From Candidatus Poribacteria bacterium (GTDB lineage: Bacteria > Poribacteria > WGA-4E > WGA-3G), in the NCBI GenBank assembly GCA_963663765.2, contig CAXXUA010000004.1, positions 480,001-544,000 on the forward strand: DNA of 64,000 nt, written 5' to 3'. The position numbers were made by a program, and so were the translations under genes. Position 1 is the first letter of the stretch. The number at the start of each line of letters is the position of its first letter. The notes under the pieces are model-generated. The model saw only the letters and a program-made list of their open reading frames with translations. It made no database searches and was not told the DNA's origin. This document shows positions 60,239 to 64,000 of this stretch, piece after piece.

Positions 60239-62102
60239 AAGAGCAAATGACATCACTTTTACACCAGATGGCACCCAAATTGCTGTCACGACCAGTATCG
60301 GCATTTGGATTTATGATGCTGAGTCAGGTATAAAAGTTGCATTTCTTAAACAAGCTGGACAGGGTTTTGGTAAAGTTGCAATTTCACCAGATGGACACAC
60401 GTTAGCATGTTCAACTGGCAGAAACGGACGTGGAGAAGTCCAACTTTGGGACATCACAGAACGTAAAATTATTACAACTTTAAGTTCACCTATTGGAATA
60501 TCTTCACTGTTTTTTTCAAAAGATGGGACAATACTTGCTTGTGCCGGGTATTTTGGACGTGTTTATGTGTGGGAATTAGGAGCTAACAATACAAACACGC
60601 TTATTACAGATACAAGATTAAATGAAACAAGCTGGGATACAAACAGTTTGGTTGAATTGTCTCCAGATAGACGTTTTCTGGCAGTCTCTTCCGCGGATTG
60701 GCAAAATAGAAACTTTCAAATTGAAATATACAATGCAGCCAATGGGAAACTACTACATACCCTAACTGGACATACACGATGGATCAGATGCCTCGCTTTT
60801 TCTCCAGATAGTAAGACAATAGTGAGTGGAGATGAATATGAATCGCTCCGTATGTGGGATACTGAAACAGGGAAACTAAAATCAACTATGCAATGGAGAC
60901 GTGGTATTTCAACCTATTCGCTGGTTTTTTCTCCGAAGGGAAGTTTTCTTGCTACTGGACATCGTGATGGTATTCGCTTGTGGCATTCTAATACTGAAGA
61001 AGGACAACAGCAGCGGATCTATACCATCGGTACGTATCAAAATATTGTAAATTTAAGGGAGCAAAAAGATTACATTTACCGATTTACGTTTTCCCCTGAC
61101 GAAACAATGCTGCTTTCAGGTAGCAAAGATGGAACGATTACTGCCTGGGATACGACTAGTGGAAACGAAGTGTTTACAATCAATGGTCACCTTGAAGGTG
61201 TTCGAGTTATTGCACTCTCTGAAACTGGGGATACACTTACAACTTTGAATCAGCCATACAATCCTCCTGGAAAAATTCAACAGCGACATTGGGATGTCAA
61301 TACAGGTGAATTGCTGTCTACCGTCTTCTCAAGAGAATCAGAAGGAGGACACATGGTAATCTCACCGGATGGGAAAACGCTTGCTACACACAGTGTATCT
61401 GGTAACTGTTCTTTATGGAATATAAAAACTGATCCTCCACAGAGGGTTTCTTCGTTTGCCTTAGAAGGATATCCAAGATCAGGTTTGAATGTTAGATTCG
61501 CATTCTCCTTAGATGGATCTATGATGGCTGCTGGCGGCGAGGATCATGCAGTTCACGTCTGGAGTTTAAGTGATAATGCAAGTTCACTTCAGCATCAGTT
61601 CACTGCAAAAGAACATACAGAAAATGTCTGGGCGTTGGCATTTTCACCCGATGGCACAAAGCTTGCTACTGGTGGTAGAGACAAAGAGTTTCATATTTGG
61701 AATGTGGCAGATGGTAAAACGATACAAACACTATCAGGACATAGTTGGCGAGTGAACTGTTTTGCGTTTTCACCGAATAATCAAGTTTTAGCAAGTGGAA
61801 GTTATGAACTATTTCTATGGCATGTCAAGTCCGGTATGCAGATTAAACACATCAAACAACACCAGAATGCAATTATAGAAGCATTGACTTTTACACCAGA
61901 CAACAACTTACTTATTATTGCAGCTCGTGATGGATTAAAGTTGTATGAACTGCAAACGGAACGACTTATCACAATAAACCAAGACTACACAAGTCTACTC
62001 AAATTGTCAGTGGTTGACAACCTGCTCATAAGTGTAAGTAGATATGATGAAATCTTAATCTGGGATTGGCAGAAAGTGCTTGAACGGTTGAAGGACAATT
62101 AG
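60111..62102 (+). CDS. Secreted WD40 protein, array member 4
   Basis: Near-identical signal peptide, WD40 repeats, unique C-terminus ILIWDWQKVLERLKDN. Confidence 0.9.
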   Translation: MKKFLMFYFLSLLILIQFLPNGYAQDFTQWNLPEGAKMRIGKGRANDITFTPDGTQIAVTTSIGIWIYDAESGIKVAFLKQAGQGFGKVAISPDGHTLACSTGRNGRGEVQLWDITERKIITTLSSPIGISSLFFSKDGTILACAGYFGRVYVWELGANNTNTLITDTRLNETSWDTNSLVELSPDRRFLAVSSADWQNRNFQIEIYNAANGKLLHTLTGHTRWIRCLAFSPDSKTIVSGDEYESLRMWDTETGKLKSTMQWRRGISTYSLVFSPKGSFLATGHRDGIRLWHSNTEEGQQQRIYTIGTYQNIVNLREQKDYIYRFTFSPDETMLLSGSKDGTITAWDTTSGNEVFTINGHLEGVRVIALSETGDTLTTLNQPYNPPGKIQQRHWDVNTGELLSTVFSRESEGGHMVISPDGKTLATHSVSGNCSLWNIKTDPPQRVSSFALEGYPRSGLNVRFAFSLDGSMMAAGGEDHAVHVWSLSDNASSLQHQFTAKEHTENVWALAFSPDGTKLATGGRDKEFHIWNVADGKTIQTLSGHSWRVNCFAFSPNNQVLASGSYELFLWHVKSGMQIKHIKQHQNAIIEALTFTPDNNLLIIAARDGLKLYELQTERLITINQDYTSLLKLSVVDNLLISVSRYDEILIWDWQKVLERLKDN

Positions 62103-62139
62103 GTAACAGATTACGTGGAGTTTATGTCCATCCACTAAC

Positions 62140-63576
62140 CTACATCTCCGCCAACTTCCTCTGTAACCACTTTGTCATCGGTGCATAGCTCGGATCACAG
62201 ACCTCAAGCAAATGTCCCGGTAGCGGTTGTCCGATCACTGCTTCAACATCGCGCCGTCGTTCCGATACGACTTCAGGGTGATCACTCGCTACATTGTTCT
62301 TTTCTTCAGGGTCATTTATAACATCAAAGAGTTCATCTCCTTTTTCATCTATAAAACCAACAGAAGTGCAGAAGTTCCAATGATCGTCGCGCACACTCAC
62401 ACGTCCAACAGCATTACCTGTAGTGAAACCTGCCCAGCCATTGATAATCCGTTCGCGGAGAAACGCTTTCTCTTGTGTCACAAGTTGCCACATATCTTCA
62501 CCATCTGTCCAATCACACGGAATATCAACAAGATTTAGCAGTGTCGGCATTATATCATGGTTCTGCACAAACGCTGAAATGTCCTTGTCGTGCGGTCCAT
62601 CAGGATGACGTATCATCAAGTTCAACTGAGTATTATATGGATGTAACTTGTTCGCACCTTTACCAAAACTACCATGGTCTCGCAGTTGCGTGCCGTGGTC
62701 TGACATCAGCATTACAAGCGTCTCATCGTGAATGTCTAATGACTCAATCTTGTCCAACAACGCACCGACCCATTTGTCAACAAATGTTACTTCTCCCAGA
62801 TAAAGTGCTTCAATTCGGTTAAGTTCCTCTTCAGAAGGTCTCCCACCTTCATTTGCACTACCACGTGAGATGAAATCTTTACCAGAATAATCAGGTGAGT
62901 AGATATCAGCATAGGATTTCGGTGGATCCCAAGGTTCATGTGGATCGAAACTATCTACCCACAGGAAAAATGGTCCGACTGTGTGATTATCTTGCAACCA
63001 ATCCGCAGCAGAACGGAACACACGCGCACAACTATAGTCATCATCTGTTTGACGATGACGTTGACCCAATAGATAGTTCACAAGTCCTGCATGCCGTTTC
63101 CAATTGATAGGTTCACGTACATGGTTTCGCAGCGTATCCTCAATCAACCGTGGATCCCCACTCTGCCAATTGTCTGATTCCTGACCACGGATAAAGTCAA
63201 AATGTGCAAACCCACGTGAGAAATTCATAGTCGGTTTGAACATGTGGTACGTATCTGCGATGATAGCAGTAAGATAGCCGCGTTCCAGAAGCACTTCTGC
63301 AATCGTATCCTGTTCCGGCGGTATCTTGTGCCAACCAGCAGCGTGATGCCAATGTCCACGTCGATCAAAGTTATATCTCCACGGAAAAGTCCGCATCCCA
63401 GTGAAGTTACCACGACGTACCTGTAATGTGGGTTGACATTCACCATAAGCACGGGTGAAACGCACGCTTTCTGATGCAAACGCATCAAGGTTCGGCGTTT
63501 GCACATGGCTATACTTCTTACCTTCACCAATGATGTCCGCACGAAATGTGTCTAAACAGATACAAATAATATTCAT
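62140..63576 (-). CDS. Sulfatase/alkaline-phosphatase superfamily hydrolase
   Basis: NIICICLDTFRAD, TPNLD, FDPHEPW, MSDHG, DIMPT, ELFDVINDPEE. Confidence 0.85.
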   Translation of the reverse strand: MNIICICLDTFRADIIGEGKKYSHVQTPNLDAFASESVRFTRAYGECQPTLQVRRGNFTGMRTFPWRYNFDRRGHWHHAAGWHKIPPEQDTIAEVLLERGYLTAIIADTYHMFKPTMNFSRGFAHFDFIRGQESDNWQSGDPRLIEDTLRNHVREPINWKRHAGLVNYLLGQRHRQTDDDYSCARVFRSAADWLQDNHTVGPFFLWVDSFDPHEPWDPPKSYADIYSPDYSGKDFISRGSANEGGRPSEEELNRIEALYLGEVTFVDKWVGALLDKIESLDIHDETLVMLMSDHGTQLRDHGSFGKGANKLHPYNTQLNLMIRHPDGPHDKDISAFVQNHDIMPTLLNLVDIPCDWTDGEDMWQLVTQEKAFLRERIINGWAGFTTGNAVGRVSVRDDHWNFCTSVGFIDEKGDELFDVINDPEEKNNVASDHPEVVSERRRDVEAVIGQPLPGHLLEVCDPSYAPMTKWLQRKLAEM

Positions 63577-63580
63577 AAAG

Positions 63581-64000
63581 TTATGCTCCTTTCATTTCAT
63601 CTATAATTCTTTCAGCTGCTTGAAGCGGATCCTCCGCTTCAATAATCGGTCTACCGACAACTATATAATCTGCACCTCGATTAATTGCTTCTGCTGGAGT
63701 TGTGATTCTCTTTTGATCACCTACGTCTGCCCATTTCGGACGGATGCCAGGGGTGACAATCAAGAAGTTGTCTCCACACGTTTTTCGTATCGGTTCAATT
63801 TCCAATGGAGATGCAACAACTCCGTCTAAACCTGCTTCTTTTGCTTGCTTCGCCAGATAAACAACCTGCTCTGTGAGTTGTCTTTCTGAACCGAAGTTTG
63901 ATTGAAAACCTGCTTCATCCATACTTGTCAGAATTGTTACACCAAGAAGAATAGGTTTCGGTATTCCCGAATCATTAGCAGCATCGTCAGCACGGATGCT
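63581..64000 (-). CDS. pyrF: Orotidine-5'-phosphate decarboxylase (3' part; runs off the window)
   Basis: GVTILTS, DGVVAS, VTPGIRP, DQKR, IVVGRPI. Confidence 0.92.
   Translation of the reverse strand, partial: SIRADDAANDSGIPKPILLGVTILTSMDEAGFQSNFGSERQLTEQVVYLAKQAKEAGLDGVVASPLEIEPIRKTCGDNFLIVTPGIRPKWADVGDQKRITTPAEAINRGADYIVVGRPIIEAEDPLQAAERIIDEMKGA

Noticed and set aside
53961-62102. Diversity-generating retroelement
   Set aside because: No reverse transcriptase is present, and differences among the repeats are not confined to adenines.

Overview
AT-rich bacterial window. Its gene content (many signal-peptide WD40 proteins, TPR proteins, a sulfatase-like gene, an Rpn-type nuclease, VIT-vWA) resembles sponge-associated Candidatus Poribacteria; this taxonomy is inferred only. 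Housekeeping and metabolic genes: FGGY sugar kinase, a doubled nfeD-nfeD-floA-floA operon, amidase plus dipeptide epimerase, SDR, ctpA, lipid acyltransferases, cmk, tyrA, fpr and pyrF. A nitrate-assimilation operon (nasT-nirA-NRT2-narB) carries a readable sigma54 promoter, enhancer sites and an ANTAR dual-hairpin attenuator. Accessory DNA includes an ISKra4-like IS with its MITEs, an ISAs1 at a deletion junction, a tnpB element splitting a WD40 gene, and a duplicated AAA-nuclease/XRE/promoter/VIT module with different cargo in each copy. There are also many GTAG-type REPs, including a 21-copy tandem array, and a 35-60 bp mini-element that sits only inside REPs. The most striking structure is a tandem array of secreted WD40 genes (53961-62102). 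Their bodies are highly divergent, but the ~190-240 bp junctions (last strand, stop, 64-bp spacer, signal peptide) are nearly identical, suggesting a cassette-exchange diversification system. No rRNA, tRNA or CRISPR array was seen.
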